Below, piece by piece: positions 1-10,449 of a stretch of 64,000 bases of DNA. Position 1 is the stretch's first letter. Every line of letters starts with the position of its first letter. This stretch comes from a virus. Lineage: Duplodnaviria; Caudoviricetes. A model generated the notes under the pieces. It was not told the DNA's origin. It saw only the letters and a program-made list of their open reading frames with translations, and searched no databases. The DNA lies in the IMG/VR virus record IMGVR_UViG_3300025620_000006, positions 1,175 through 65,174 of that record; one strand, 5' to 3'. The translations under genes were made by a program, and so were the position numbers.

Positions 1-2219
1 TTAGCGTTTTGAGCGTAAGAAGTATTAGCCGTGGTGTCTACTACATATTGAATCTCACTTCCTTGAGTCATTTGCTCAGGATATCCATCTAAAAACCCAG
101 GTAGATATGCATTATAATAATCTTGCTCTCTTTGTTTAACTACAATTTTGTAACTATACCAACCTAATGGATTTATAGAGTATGCAAACTTAGTATCAGT
201 ATCTGTGTTCTCTATTAAATATAAATAATAGCTATTTGGCTTGTCAAGCGTTGTAATGCTAGTTACTCCGGCTGCGCTACTAATGCTTAGTACTTGAGTG
301 TAGTCTACGTATTCACCTCTTAAATACATGTCTGTTGTAGGTAAAGAACCTATAGTTGGTGTAGAGAAGCTTAGTGTCCATCTATTAGTACCTGCGTTAT
401 AGGTTAAAGAATCATTAGTACTATTGTCTACAACCCAAGATGTTTGAGGTTCTCCGTATATACCTGGAGCACCTGTAGCTAAGTTACGATCTGAAGATCC
501 TATTGTAAAATCACCTATTGTTTGATTTAACAAAAGCAAAGCTGCATCACCAAACCAAGACTTTATGTCTAACGAATCATTAGCATCATAGTACGGGTGG
601 AAAACAGTTGATCCGCCAAATATAGTACTACCTTGAGCCGATGAAAGTGTATCATATGTAGATAAAATAACCGAGGATTGTCTTCCAAATTTATCTGACA
701 AAACAAAACCTATTTGATAAGTTCTATTTTGTTTTATTGTGTGATTAGGATATTCTGCCCAAGAAGTATACAAGTCATTTTTTTCTTGCACTGTGCAGTT
801 GTAGTCAAGCGTATCGTAAGGTGTGTGCTTGTCTTTAAAGTTGCCATATATAACTCTATTACCAGCAACAGATTGTGCTAATGCTCTAACTGGTACTTTA
901 TCATAAACCCTAGTTGTTTGTCCTTCAGTTAACGTCTTATATGGTTTTTCAGATTGATATTCATAAACATAAATATCTTCGTCCATTTCAGAAGCCATAG
1001 TCGTACCTGATATGGTTTTTAAAACCTTAACAACTAAACCATTTGATTCTTTATATAGTATGTCTATGTTTTTTATCTTATATTCTGTAAGTACATTTTT
1101 AGAGGTACTACCTCCTAAGTTTACATTTGTACCAACTCCAGGTAAAGATATTCTTAATTTAACATTATCCACGTTGTTCTCGAACCACTTAACAATAGTA
1201 CTTTCGTAAGCTTGTGTTTCGTTTCCATTTAGAAAAAATCCAGATTGTTGAGGTATAAATGCTATTTGGGTAAAAGGAGACATTAAAGAATATTCGCCAT
1301 CATCAAATTGAAACCTATACGCAAATCTAACGTATTTATCTTCTAAATATCTAGGATCACCAGGCCAACTAGTATTACCACTTTCGTTTGTCATTGTAGT
1401 TTCAATAAACCTAAGCCTTTGCCCGACAACAACAACGGTATTAGGATCTGCATTAATAGTTACAGTGTTTGTAACTGTATCTATAGCTGTTACTCTTATG
1501 TATTCACTACCAAGTATGCTTTCTGCTCCTACATTTTGAGCAGCATTAGAAACTACAAACATATCAACAGATATACCAGTAACTGTTTCTAGTATAAAAT
1601 TCTTAGTATCTGTAACTGTTACAACAGTAGTGTCTACTTCCTTATAAAGCTCAGGCGGGTTTGCTGGCATATATTTAGCAACAGATATTTGATTTTCTTC
1701 AGTGTAGTAATTAGGATTACCTATAGCTGTTGTTACGTTTATTTTTCTAGGTTGATTTCTATTATCAGTCCAGAATAATAAATCTTCTACTAAATTTATT
1801 CCTGTAACTTGCCAGCATCTGTTTTTAGCAAAATTCAAAAACTTACCTTCAACCAAAGTACTGTAAGTATTGTTGTTAAGATCAAGTACAGTTATTTTCA
1901 TTTCTACAGTAGTAGATGCTGAGGGATAGTTTATAGTTTGGCAAGTAGCGTCTGTATCAGTGTAGTCTGTTAATATTTGAAATATTCTATTACCAACTTC
2001 ATCTTCAAACTTACCTATACATTTTAAATTAGCATTACTAGAGGCTGTAGCCGCTATTAAAGAATTACCTAATATATTCTCAAGCGAACCAACATCATTG
2101 TCTTCTGATCTACCTACAGATATATTCAGAGCATCTCTATATTCACCGTTAGGCAATATTCTATCATCAAGATCTTTATTCATCTTGGATTTTAGAAAAG
2201 TATTTTTAGCTTCTGCCAT
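1..2219 (-). CDS. Tail stabilisation/nozzle protein, N-terminal part (runs off the window edge; absent from ORF track)
   Basis: ATG at 2219 reads MAEAKNTFLKSKMNKDLDDRILPNGEYRDALNISVGRSEDNDVGSLENILGN, an N-terminus typical of crAss-like tail stabilisation proteins; it directly follows the ring-protein genes. Confidence 0.75.
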   Translation of the reverse strand, partial: MAEAKNTFLKSKMNKDLDDRILPNGEYRDALNISVGRSEDNDVGSLENILGNSLIAATASSNANLKCIGKFEDEVGNRIFQILTDYTDTDATCQTINYPSASTTVEMKITVLDLNNNTYSTLVEGKFLNFAKNRCWQVTGINLVEDLLFWTDNRNQPRKINVTTAIGNPNYYTEENQISVAKYMPANPPELYKEVDTTVVTVTDTKNFILETVTGISVDMFVVSNAAQNVGAESILGSEYIRVTAIDTVTNTVTINADPNTVVVVGQRLRFIETTMTNESGNTSWPGDPRYLEDKYVRFAYRFQFDDGEYSLMSPFTQIAFIPQQSGFFLNGNETQAYESTIVKWFENNVDNVKLRISLPGVGTNVNLGGSTSKNVLTEYKIKNIDILYKESNGLVVKVLKTISGTTMASEMDEDIYVYEYQSEKPYKTLTEGQTTRVYDKVPVRALAQSVAGNRVIYGNFKDKHTPYDTLDYNCTVQEKNDLYTSWAEYPNHTIKQNRTYQIGFVLSDKFGRQSSVILSTYDTLSSAQGSTIFGGSTVFHPYYDANDSLDIKSWFGDAALLLLNQTIGDFTIGSSDRNLATGAPGIYGEPQTSWVVDNSTNDSLTYNAGTNRWTLSFSTPTIGSLPTTDMYLRGEYVDYTQVLSISSAAGVTSITTLDKPNSYYLYLIENTDTDTKFAYSINPLGWYSYKIVVKQREQDYYNAYLPGFLDGYPEQMTQGSEIQYVVDTTANTSYAQNA

Positions 2220-2222
2220 GTA

Positions 2223-3479
2223 TTATGATTTTATCCATTTAGATTTACCTCTCATTACTTGTACTATTTCTTCAAGCTTTATATTAGATAATCTTATTTT
2301 TGCATTACGCAATTTTGAACTTTTATCTCTTCTTAATCTTTGAACTACATACTCTTGTTGATTTGCTCTAGTAGATATTATAGAGTAAAGTATATAAGCA
2401 TACATTGCTTCTTCAGCAAGTTTAGGTAGTTTAGTGTCTAGATCAGTGGCTAAACCATCTGATATGTATTCTAAAACAATTAATTTGTCTTTTAAGTTTG
2501 CTGAAAAAGATACTTTACCTTCTCTTTCGTTCATATTAAACCAACCGTTGTACTGTGAGTACTGAGGATCCATTCCGTACATTTGACCTCTTGTAGCACC
2601 AAAGAAAGAACCTGGGTAATCCCAGTTATAAGCCCATAAATCGTTAGTAAAATCTTGCATTGTCCAACTCCCGTTTATTAACTTATCATTAGCACTATGC
2701 CATCTTTCTTGAACTATAGAAGTTCCCTCTAAATCATTGCCAAAATTATCTTGTGTAGGTATTCCTTGACTATCTTGCAACTGAGTATTGAAAGGACTTA
2801 TTGTTAGATTATTAGCTGGATATATAGGTCTTTTTACTCCTTGCCCATCGATCCAAGACATACCCACGTAATTAACGTAGTCTTGAGGAAGAACAAGAGT
2901 CAAACCTTCTGGTATTGTTAACTCAGAAGATTTAATACTTTTTAAAGTATCATAACTAAATTCTTGCATACCTCTTTTTGCGTGAAAGATAACATCTGTT
3001 CTTTTAGCGTCTGGTAGTAATTTACCAGTACCAACATATCCTACTAAAAAGTTATTTACTATATCAACTAGTTTTACGTATTTGTAACTACCATAATTGT
3101 CTTCTACAGTTTGACCATACGCTTTCTCTGCAGGTGTAGAACCATATTTCCCGCCATCTAGTATTTTTAATTGAGCTACTATGTATAATCCATTAGCAGG
3201 TATTGCAGTAGCTGGAAAAACAATTGAATTACCTGAAATAGAAAACTCTGTAATATATTCAGACCAAGAGCCTGGTATTCCACTAGTACTCGTGTATACT
3301 TTAAAATTATTTAACGCGTAGTTCTCAGTGTTAGGATTCCAATTGCCTAAATATAATTCAGTATCAAAAGTAGTGGTAAAAGTTCTATTAGCTCCATCAC
3401 CTCTGAAACCTTGAGCACCTTGGTAGTATTGTTGACCAGTTTCATTTATTAATCCGTCATTAGGAGGTTGTATAGCCAT
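2223..3479 (-). CDS. Tail tubular/ring (head-tail connector) protein
   Basis: 418-aa ORF; LPQDYVNYV, LEYISDG and PKLAEEAMYAYI motifs resemble crAss-like ring proteins; lies downstream of the capsid gene. Confidence 0.6.
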   Translation of the reverse strand: MAIQPPNDGLINETGQQYYQGAQGFRGDGANRTFTTTFDTELYLGNWNPNTENYALNNFKVYTSTSGIPGSWSEYITEFSISGNSIVFPATAIPANGLYIVAQLKILDGGKYGSTPAEKAYGQTVEDNYGSYKYVKLVDIVNNFLVGYVGTGKLLPDAKRTDVIFHAKRGMQEFSYDTLKSIKSSELTIPEGLTLVLPQDYVNYVGMSWIDGQGVKRPIYPANNLTISPFNTQLQDSQGIPTQDNFGNDLEGTSIVQERWHSANDKLINGSWTMQDFTNDLWAYNWDYPGSFFGATRGQMYGMDPQYSQYNGWFNMNEREGKVSFSANLKDKLIVLEYISDGLATDLDTKLPKLAEEAMYAYILYSIISTRANQQEYVVQRLRRDKSSKLRNAKIRLSNIKLEEIVQVMRGKSKWIKS

Positions 3480-3482
3480 TTT

Positions 3483-4412
3483 TTATATTTTTTCGTTTTG
3501 ATTATCCATAGCAACTTGCTGAGCAGCGCTTTGTATTAATTGAGGATCTTTAACTATAACCCCAGCATACATTAATATTCTTAACACTATTTCAGTTTGT
3601 TCTGTTGGATGTAGTTCAAAGTTTACAGAGCTACTAGCGTTATAAATGTATTGATAAGCTGGAGCTGTTGCTGTAAAGTTCCACATTGGATTTAGTGGTT
3701 TTCTTAAGTAAGTACAAGATAAATCACTCTGTATAGTTGATGGTGATACAAATATTTGTCTATCTTTGTATCTGTAAACAGGGAAAGAAGTAGATGGTTT
3801 TGTTATAGGTGATAAATTCAATTCTAATAGTTCATTAGGTTGAACGTATTGAACAGGTGTTTCATCTTTATGTATAACAGTTCCTAGTTTGTAGAAATCA
3901 AACTCGTTAACTGTCAAAATTAAAGCTCTACCAGCTGTGGGTACATTAGTCAAACTAAGCGTAAGACCAGATATAGTCCAATCAGTAAATTCAGCTAAAG
4001 GTTGTTGAACACCGTTTGCGTCTTCTAACGTAACGCTTGGTTGTCCAGCGTCTAATTCATCTGCTGTAATAGTAGTTACTACATACTGCTGAGCTGTTGT
4101 TGTGTTAAATGTTTGAGATGTGGTAGTACCTGATACTGTTGGTACGCCAAAATAAGGGCCTACGTAAGGACACGTGCCTGATTCTTGAAAGAGCGCAATT
4201 TTTTCTTGCGTGTTTTTTATACGATCCGAGTATTCAGAATCGTTATCTGGCACACGTAATTGTTGATTTAAATCTTCAAAATAAGACTCGAATATTTCAA
4301 GCTGCACTTGTGCGCCTATTCTATTAAATTCATCAGGAGTTAAATATCCCCTCTGTTCTTTATTGAGAATAAGTAAAACTGTTTGATAAACTTGATTTAC
4401 GTTTATTGCCAT
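3483..4412 (-). CDS. Tail tubular/ring protein
   Basis: 309 aa; NKEQRGYLTPDEFN, YLRKP and FELHP motifs typical of crAss-like ring proteins. Confidence 0.6.
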   Translation of the reverse strand: MAINVNQVYQTVLLILNKEQRGYLTPDEFNRIGAQVQLEIFESYFEDLNQQLRVPDNDSEYSDRIKNTQEKIALFQESGTCPYVGPYFGVPTVSGTTTSQTFNTTTAQQYVVTTITADELDAGQPSVTLEDANGVQQPLAEFTDWTISGLTLSLTNVPTAGRALILTVNEFDFYKLGTVIHKDETPVQYVQPNELLELNLSPITKPSTSFPVYRYKDRQIFVSPSTIQSDLSCTYLRKPLNPMWNFTATAPAYQYIYNASSSVNFELHPTEQTEIVLRILMYAGVIVKDPQLIQSAAQQVAMDNQNEKI

Positions 4413-4435
4413 TATATGTTTTTTTTTAATAATTA

Positions 4436-4456
4436 GGTGACCACAAAGTGATCACC
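4436..4456 (-). terminator. Intergenic hairpin, possible terminator or processing site
   Basis: GGTGACCAC-AAA-GTGATCACC imperfect inverted repeat between two late genes. Confidence 0.35.
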
Positions 4457-4474
4457 CATTATTATAATCACCTG

Positions 4475-5239
4475 TTAAATCATTTTTTTCTCTATTGATT
4501 TAAATACTTCTACACCTTCGTCTGTTTTTAAATAAGCAGCAAAAGCTGAATAAGGATTTTCATCAAACGGAACGTTCATTAGTTTTCTACCGTTAGACGC
4601 CCAGGATATTTGCCTTTGATCTTGAGACAATAAAATTATTCCAAGTTCAGCTGATCTAACCGCAAAGTTTCTTAACATTACGTTTTCATCATTAGCTAAA
4701 TCTAAGAATAACTTAGGATTGTTTTTAGCAAATATTAATAAATCTCTTTTAAGTTCTTTAGAACTCATCTTGTTAACCCTAGAGCCAATCTCTACTCTCA
4801 TGATTGCTTCGGCTTGATCTATTTCTATATCTCTGGCAGCGTTTAATGCGTCTATTTCTATATTTAAATCAGCTAATTGATCTTGAGCGATAGCTTGAGG
4901 TTTGTGTTCTAGGTATTTTTTACCTAATAAAGGGTGATATATAGACAGCATTTTTTGTAAAGCTTGTTGTTCCTTTGGAACTTGCAGTACGCCATCAGTA
5001 AAAGTTATATGCCCCATTGTTGCTTCACCTTTTTGTTCATCTACAAATACTGAAGCTTGATTTGTAGCATATCTCAATTCTCTTTGAGCTCCTGTTTCCT
5101 CATCAAACCATAGTAATGCATGCTTTTTTGTATGCTTGCTAGGTATTGTTAATGTTAGTGGTGAAGAGTTATCTTTTAAAAAATATCTTCTATCTTTTAT
5201 TTCCCAACCAGTTTGTTGGATTTTTTCATTTTTTGCCAT
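4475..5239 (-). CDS. Conserved hypothetical virion-module protein
   Basis: 254-aa ORF immediately downstream of the major capsid gene. Confidence 0.7.
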   Translation of the reverse strand: MAKNEKIQQTGWEIKDRRYFLKDNSSPLTLTIPSKHTKKHALLWFDEETGAQRELRYATNQASVFVDEQKGEATMGHITFTDGVLQVPKEQQALQKMLSIYHPLLGKKYLEHKPQAIAQDQLADLNIEIDALNAARDIEIDQAEAIMRVEIGSRVNKMSSKELKRDLLIFAKNNPKLFLDLANDENVMLRNFAVRSAELGIILLSQDQRQISWASNGRKLMNVPFDENPYSAFAAYLKTDEGVEVFKSIEKKMI

Positions 5240-5273
5240 GATATAATATAATAAAATTAATAAAAGTAATAAT

Positions 5274-5300
5274 TACCCCCGTTGATATAACGAGGGTAAG
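5274..5300 (-). terminator. Rho-independent terminator after major capsid gene
   Basis: TTACCC..GTT-GATAT-AAC..GGGTAA hairpin followed on the minus strand by a T-rich tract. Confidence 0.55.
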
Positions 5301-5315
5301 AATTACATTAATGTA

Positions 5316-6782
5316 CTAGATACCTTTGAATAATACAAAGTTGTTTCTAGCTTGTGTTACTAAGCATCTTTCAGATAAGAAGTTAACTTCCATTGCATCT
5401 AATGTAGAAGTAAATGCACCACCAACTGAACCAGTTAGCCATGATTTCATTCGTCTATCGTCAGCTTGAGAAGCTCTATATCTTACGTGTAAGAAAGGAC
5501 GTCTAATGTTTGTACCTAAGATTTGGTCATAAACAGTAGAAGTACCTGCAGGAACTAATACTCCTTCAATTGAAGCAGGACCAGTCATTGCACCACGCGT
5601 TGAAGCGTCGTTTAAGTATTTCCAATCTGTCTTATAGAAATCATAAGAACCTCTACGGAATCCTGAGAATCCTAAGTTCAATGCCATTTCTTCAGAGTTT
5701 TCGAAAAGACCAAAAGCAGTACCACCTGCATAACCTCCAGAGATAGAAGCTAACATATCGTCAAAATCAAGAGCAGTGTTTCTGTTCAAGAATAACATGT
5801 TTTCTTCGATAGCTCCTTGAGTATCTAGGTTTTTAAGTATTGCGTCGAAAGCGTCGATACCAGCAGCAGCAGTAAATCCTACTTCTACGTTACCTCCGTT
5901 TTGGATAGCAGCAAATAAACCTTCAGTACCAATGATACCTACACCAGCAGCTCCAGCAATAGGAGATACAGCAGCGTTTTTAAGTTCACCTTCAACCATA
6001 GACATTTCTAAGTAATCTTCGAAACGTAGTCTAGTTTCAGACTCAGCTTTTAAATACCATAAGTAACCACCTGTTCCATCTTCAGTAGCAACTTCTACCC
6101 AACCGATCTGAGCAGTGTCAGAACCATTGATAGAATATTGGCTTCTAATGATAATAGGATTGTTGCTAAAAGTAGTAAACGCAGGGTTTACAGTAATCAT
6201 AGGGTTAGCACCTCCAATTGCGTTTGCACCAGAAATAGCTTGAGATGAACTCTGTCCTTTTTGGTAATCAGAACCATATACAAATACTTTAACTAAACCA
6301 GTTAGACCGGATAGATCAGCAGCAGTATAAGGTTGTACAGATATAAGACCAGTAGCGCTATTAGAAGCATCTACAAAACATTTTAATTCACCACCAAAGT
6401 CGTCCATAACTACAACCGTAGAGGCTGGAGAAACAACGTTTGATACTTGTGTGTTTGCACCACCGTTAGTAATATCAATACCTAGATTTGCACCACCACC
6501 AGCGTTAGCAGCGATTGCACAATCAGCATAAGATATGTGTAAACGATTTTGTTCAGACCAAATTACTTGATCAGAAGTCATAGGCATTTCAGCGCCTACC
6601 ATTCTTAAAAATCCGGATAACGTTCTGTTACCGTATCTTTCTACTTCAGCTTCGTAAAGCTCTGGTAAATATTGCTGAGCAAAATTTCCACCAGCAGCAC
6701 CATCGAATGTAAGATAGTTCTGTTGAAGTAATTGTTGAGTTTGAGAAGGTACTATACTTCCAAACTGTGGGGATAAAGCCAT
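5316..6782 (-). CDS. Major capsid protein (crAss-like, HK97 fold)
   Basis: 488 aa; follows terL-portal-scaffold; WSEQNRLH and LGFSGFRRGSYDFYKTDWKYLND motifs. Confidence 0.8.
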   Translation of the reverse strand: MALSPQFGSIVPSQTQQLLQQNYLTFDGAAGGNFAQQYLPELYEAEVERYGNRTLSGFLRMVGAEMPMTSDQVIWSEQNRLHISYADCAIAANAGGGANLGIDITNGGANTQVSNVVSPASTVVVMDDFGGELKCFVDASNSATGLISVQPYTAADLSGLTGLVKVFVYGSDYQKGQSSSQAISGANAIGGANPMITVNPAFTTFSNNPIIIRSQYSINGSDTAQIGWVEVATEDGTGGYLWYLKAESETRLRFEDYLEMSMVEGELKNAAVSPIAGAAGVGIIGTEGLFAAIQNGGNVEVGFTAAAGIDAFDAILKNLDTQGAIEENMLFLNRNTALDFDDMLASISGGYAGGTAFGLFENSEEMALNLGFSGFRRGSYDFYKTDWKYLNDASTRGAMTGPASIEGVLVPAGTSTVYDQILGTNIRRPFLHVRYRASQADDRRMKSWLTGSVGGAFTSTLDAMEVNFLSERCLVTQARNNFVLFKGI

Positions 6783-6797
6783 AATTTTTAATTTTAA

Positions 6798-8009
6798 TTA
6801 GTTAAACTTTTTTGTTTTTATTTTTAATTTTGATGAATCTAAACCACTAATCGACTTTACTTTTAATCCATTTATGAAAACATTTCCATCGGCAACTTGC
6901 CTAGGTCCATCCTGTGCTGGATTCTTAGAATTTGTAATAACACCTTTGATGCCATCAGCTTTTCCTTGTTCGTAAAAATGATGAGCTAGTTTATCAGCAT
7001 TCATCGCAGCGTACATAGCTTTGTGATACCCATTTGGATCTGTCATATTTCCGTCTTTGTCTAAATACTTACCTACGAAATTCTGAACGTCCACTTGAGT
7101 TTCACCTACCTTAGCCGGATCTTTAACACCATATCTAAATTTCTTATCCCCCACATTGAAATCAAAACCTTTGAATTCTTTATTGAATAATTTTTTAGTA
7201 CGATCTCTAAAATCACCGTGTTGTGCTTGAGCTTTTTCTTGCTGCTGTTTATATCGGTCATAAAAGCTTAACGCCTCTTGCTGTTCTTGAGTTACACCCG
7301 GTCTCAACTTGATCTCGTCGTAATATTTACTCTTAGAACTTTCTAAGTATTGTTTTGCTTTTGCAACTTCTTCTTTATAAGCGAGTTTCTTTTTACGTAT
7401 AGCTCGCTCTTCATCTACATCCTCATCATACTTAAAATTATCTTCCATTAAGAAAGCTATTTCTTCTAAATCTAAGTGTGGTTTGGATTTAAGATAATAT
7501 TCTTTTAAAACCTCTGAGCCATTAAGCTTAGAGTAATCTTTGTTTAATGCCACGTAGTCTTCTACGCTTCCACCTGTTTCTTCCATAAAAGAAACTAGTT
7601 TTTCTACATTTTCCGGTAAAGGCTTTCCTAAGATCTGTTGATCTCTTACAGCTTCTTGTATTTGAAGATGATGCTCTTTAACTTCTTCATCGGTTATTTC
7701 TTGGAGTGGAGTGACTTCTTCAATAGCCTCGCTGGGCTCTTGTACTTGTTTGTCCACTTCAACCAAATCTCCGGTTTGTTTTTCTTCAGGAACATTTCCT
7801 GTTTCTCCGATACGAATGGCATTGTCTTCTTTTGGTATTTCAACCTTTACAACATCTGGTGTAATATCACCTGTTGCTTCTGGTTTTGTTAAATCTACTT
7901 TTACAGGATCATTACCGCTAAGGTGTCCTAAGTTTTTTGGTGTTTTTTTCTTTTTAATTTTAAAATCACCTTCTTGTTTGACCTCTTCGGTCTTTGTGTT
8001 TTCTGACAT
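6798..8009 (-). CDS. Putative capsid scaffolding protein
   Basis: 403 aa, acidic and coiled-coil; located between portal and capsid. Confidence 0.55.
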   Translation of the reverse strand: MSENTKTEEVKQEGDFKIKKKKTPKNLGHLSGNDPVKVDLTKPEATGDITPDVVKVEIPKEDNAIRIGETGNVPEEKQTGDLVEVDKQVQEPSEAIEEVTPLQEITDEEVKEHHLQIQEAVRDQQILGKPLPENVEKLVSFMEETGGSVEDYVALNKDYSKLNGSEVLKEYYLKSKPHLDLEEIAFLMEDNFKYDEDVDEERAIRKKKLAYKEEVAKAKQYLESSKSKYYDEIKLRPGVTQEQQEALSFYDRYKQQQEKAQAQHGDFRDRTKKLFNKEFKGFDFNVGDKKFRYGVKDPAKVGETQVDVQNFVGKYLDKDGNMTDPNGYHKAMYAAMNADKLAHHFYEQGKADGIKGVITNSKNPAQDGPRQVADGNVFINGLKVKSISGLDSSKLKIKTKKFN

Positions 8010-8037
8010 AATATAATATAATTAAATAATTAAATAA

Positions 8038-10449
8038 TTAAACTTTAGGCATTAACTCTTCTATGTTAAATCCTAGGTTGTTTTCTCCTGTATTTTCAAA
8101 ATCAACAGGATTAGAGTCATTTTGTCTCTGTTGTATCAATTTACTCTGTTGAGTACCTTGCATTTTTAATCTTTTATCTTTACGATCTTCAATATCTTTT
8201 TCCTTAGAACCTTCAGCCCCTGTTTTTATTTGAGCTAGTTGAAATTGATAACCGTACTCTTGCTGCATTAACTTAGCTTTTATCTGCATTTCAGTTTCCA
8301 TTCTACTTATCTCAAATTGAGACTTAGCTTGTTCTATGCTAACCTTTTGTTGGGTCAACGCTGCTTGTTTTTGAGTTTCTGCTAATGCAGTTTGCTCTGC
8401 TGTTTTAGCCGCAGCTTCACCTTGAGCAGCTATCATTCTTTCTTGATTTGCTCTTTCTCTAGCTAATTTCTTTTTACGTTTTTGTTTTAGTAATTGATTT
8501 GCTAGCTTTAAATTTTTTATTTGACGAATATCAATTGCGTCTTCTAAATCAATACCTCCAGACTGTAAAGCTACTTGTATGTTTTGTTCTAACTGTGCTT
8601 TTTCTTCATCGTCAGGTTCTAACTCTAGGAATATACCGAAATCATGTAGGTTTAAATTAGATACTTCTCTTAATGTTTCTACATTATAAATAGATATACC
8701 TTCTACTAAAGCGTTAGCTGTTAAAGGATAACTCAAAGCATCTGCTAGTTTTAACGATATATTTTCACATATTTTTAAAGCAATATATAAACTACCTTGA
8801 TTTATATGTTTTGTAGCTATGTTGGATTGATTAGCCGCCATTTTTGCAAGACCTACTAGAGCGTCTTTATCTGGCAAACTACCATCTCTAGCTTCGTTAA
8901 GGCCCGTTACATCACGTATCATTTGTAAGTAATATTGGTACGTTTGTATTAGCGCTGCTAGTTTTTGACCACCTGCAGATGACTGTAATTCTTGAATAGG
9001 TACTTTACCTCTATTAGGATCACCATCTTGTGTGAGTGATCTACCAACAATAGAACCAGTTTGAAAATACATATTTAATGCTTCTGCTGGATTGTAGTTT
9101 GTACCATTACCTAGATCAACCTCTGCTAAACCGTCCATGTCTAAGAATACACCGTCTGGCACCATCCTAGCTAATACTTGTTGCATTTTTAAATGCGTTA
9201 ACTGTATCATGTCTGCAAAACCTGTGCATCTACTTACAATAGATTCTATTCTACCTTTGTACATTCTTGGTGCAACTATAGAATAATTCATTTCTACTTT
9301 AGTAGTATCAGCAGCTGGTCTTGTCATGTTTTCTGCTAGCTCCCACTTAAGCATTGTATTTGTTCCTAATACTTTAGCTCCAGTGTATAACACCTCTATA
9401 CTTCTACCGACTCTTTCAAATCCATCATTTGGTGGAGGATTAAATTCATCTGTTTTTTCTATTATTTTTTCTAACCCGTTTTCAGTTCTTTTTAATTTAA
9501 AAACTTGATTCATGTAAGTTTTATATTCAAAATACATTACTTGAACCGTGTTATTGTCATAGTTACCCCACCCAGTTATATATTGTCTATTACCAGGCAT
9601 TTCTTGAATTCTTTGTAATTCTTCTTCTGGAATATTAGGAAACTGTTTTTTAAGCTCTGGTATAGTTATTGATTTAACTTCACCAACATAATATATGTCT
9701 TGAAAATTAGGATCTTCTGTGTAAGAGTATACTAAATAAGAAGGATCAACGTAGTCTAAAGTTATACCATTGGCAACATTAAAATTAGTTTTTGCACAAG
9801 CTATACCACATACAACTAAATCTTCATTTAATCTTCTCTTAGTAAGTTCCCATTTATTTTTAGCTAAAGTTTGTGTTATAGCTTCTTCCTCAGCTATTTC
9901 AATAGCTTGCTTATAACTTAACTGTAAGTGTAATTCTAATTCTTCTTTTGTTTCTGGTAAGTCTGTTGGAGGAATACTTGTTCTTTGTAGTTGAACTCCT
10001 AGTAAATTTTCAGCAGCTTGCATTTGTTCTTTAGCAAACATATCTTCTGCAACAGCAGTCGCATACATGGTTCTTTTTTTGACAGAAGCAGGATCTTGCG
10101 AATAAGCTTTTATATCGTATTCTTTACTAGATATACCGTTTACAACAATATCAACAAATTTAGATAATATAGGAACCGGCTTCCAGTCTAGATTTAAGTA
10201 GCTTAAGTCACCGTTTATTGATAGTTCGTCTTTGTATTTTTGAACAGGTTGTTCACCTCTAGCGTATAATCTTAAATGATGAAAATTATTAAAACTAGTA
10301 AGATATCTATTACCATTAGTTCGGCCTTGATTAAACCACTCTGTCTCAATAGCTTGCGCCACTTGTGAACCATATTCTAACGAAGCTTTTTCATAATCCG
10401 GTACTACCTGACTAGGAAAGGCGCTATTTGAGTTAGTGTACATTTTCAT
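8038..10449 (-). CDS. Portal protein
   Basis: 803 aa directly after terL; long C-terminal coiled coil (podovirus barrel); PILSKFVDIVVNG and IRDVTGLNEARDG motifs. Confidence 0.8.
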   Translation of the reverse strand: MKMYTNSNSAFPSQVVPDYEKASLEYGSQVAQAIETEWFNQGRTNGNRYLTSFNNFHHLRLYARGEQPVQKYKDELSINGDLSYLNLDWKPVPILSKFVDIVVNGISSKEYDIKAYSQDPASVKKRTMYATAVAEDMFAKEQMQAAENLLGVQLQRTSIPPTDLPETKEELELHLQLSYKQAIEIAEEEAITQTLAKNKWELTKRRLNEDLVVCGIACAKTNFNVANGITLDYVDPSYLVYSYTEDPNFQDIYYVGEVKSITIPELKKQFPNIPEEELQRIQEMPGNRQYITGWGNYDNNTVQVMYFEYKTYMNQVFKLKRTENGLEKIIEKTDEFNPPPNDGFERVGRSIEVLYTGAKVLGTNTMLKWELAENMTRPAADTTKVEMNYSIVAPRMYKGRIESIVSRCTGFADMIQLTHLKMQQVLARMVPDGVFLDMDGLAEVDLGNGTNYNPAEALNMYFQTGSIVGRSLTQDGDPNRGKVPIQELQSSAGGQKLAALIQTYQYYLQMIRDVTGLNEARDGSLPDKDALVGLAKMAANQSNIATKHINQGSLYIALKICENISLKLADALSYPLTANALVEGISIYNVETLREVSNLNLHDFGIFLELEPDDEEKAQLEQNIQVALQSGGIDLEDAIDIRQIKNLKLANQLLKQKRKKKLARERANQERMIAAQGEAAAKTAEQTALAETQKQAALTQQKVSIEQAKSQFEISRMETEMQIKAKLMQQEYGYQFQLAQIKTGAEGSKEKDIEDRKDKRLKMQGTQQSKLIQQRQNDSNPVDFENTGENNLGFNIEELMPKV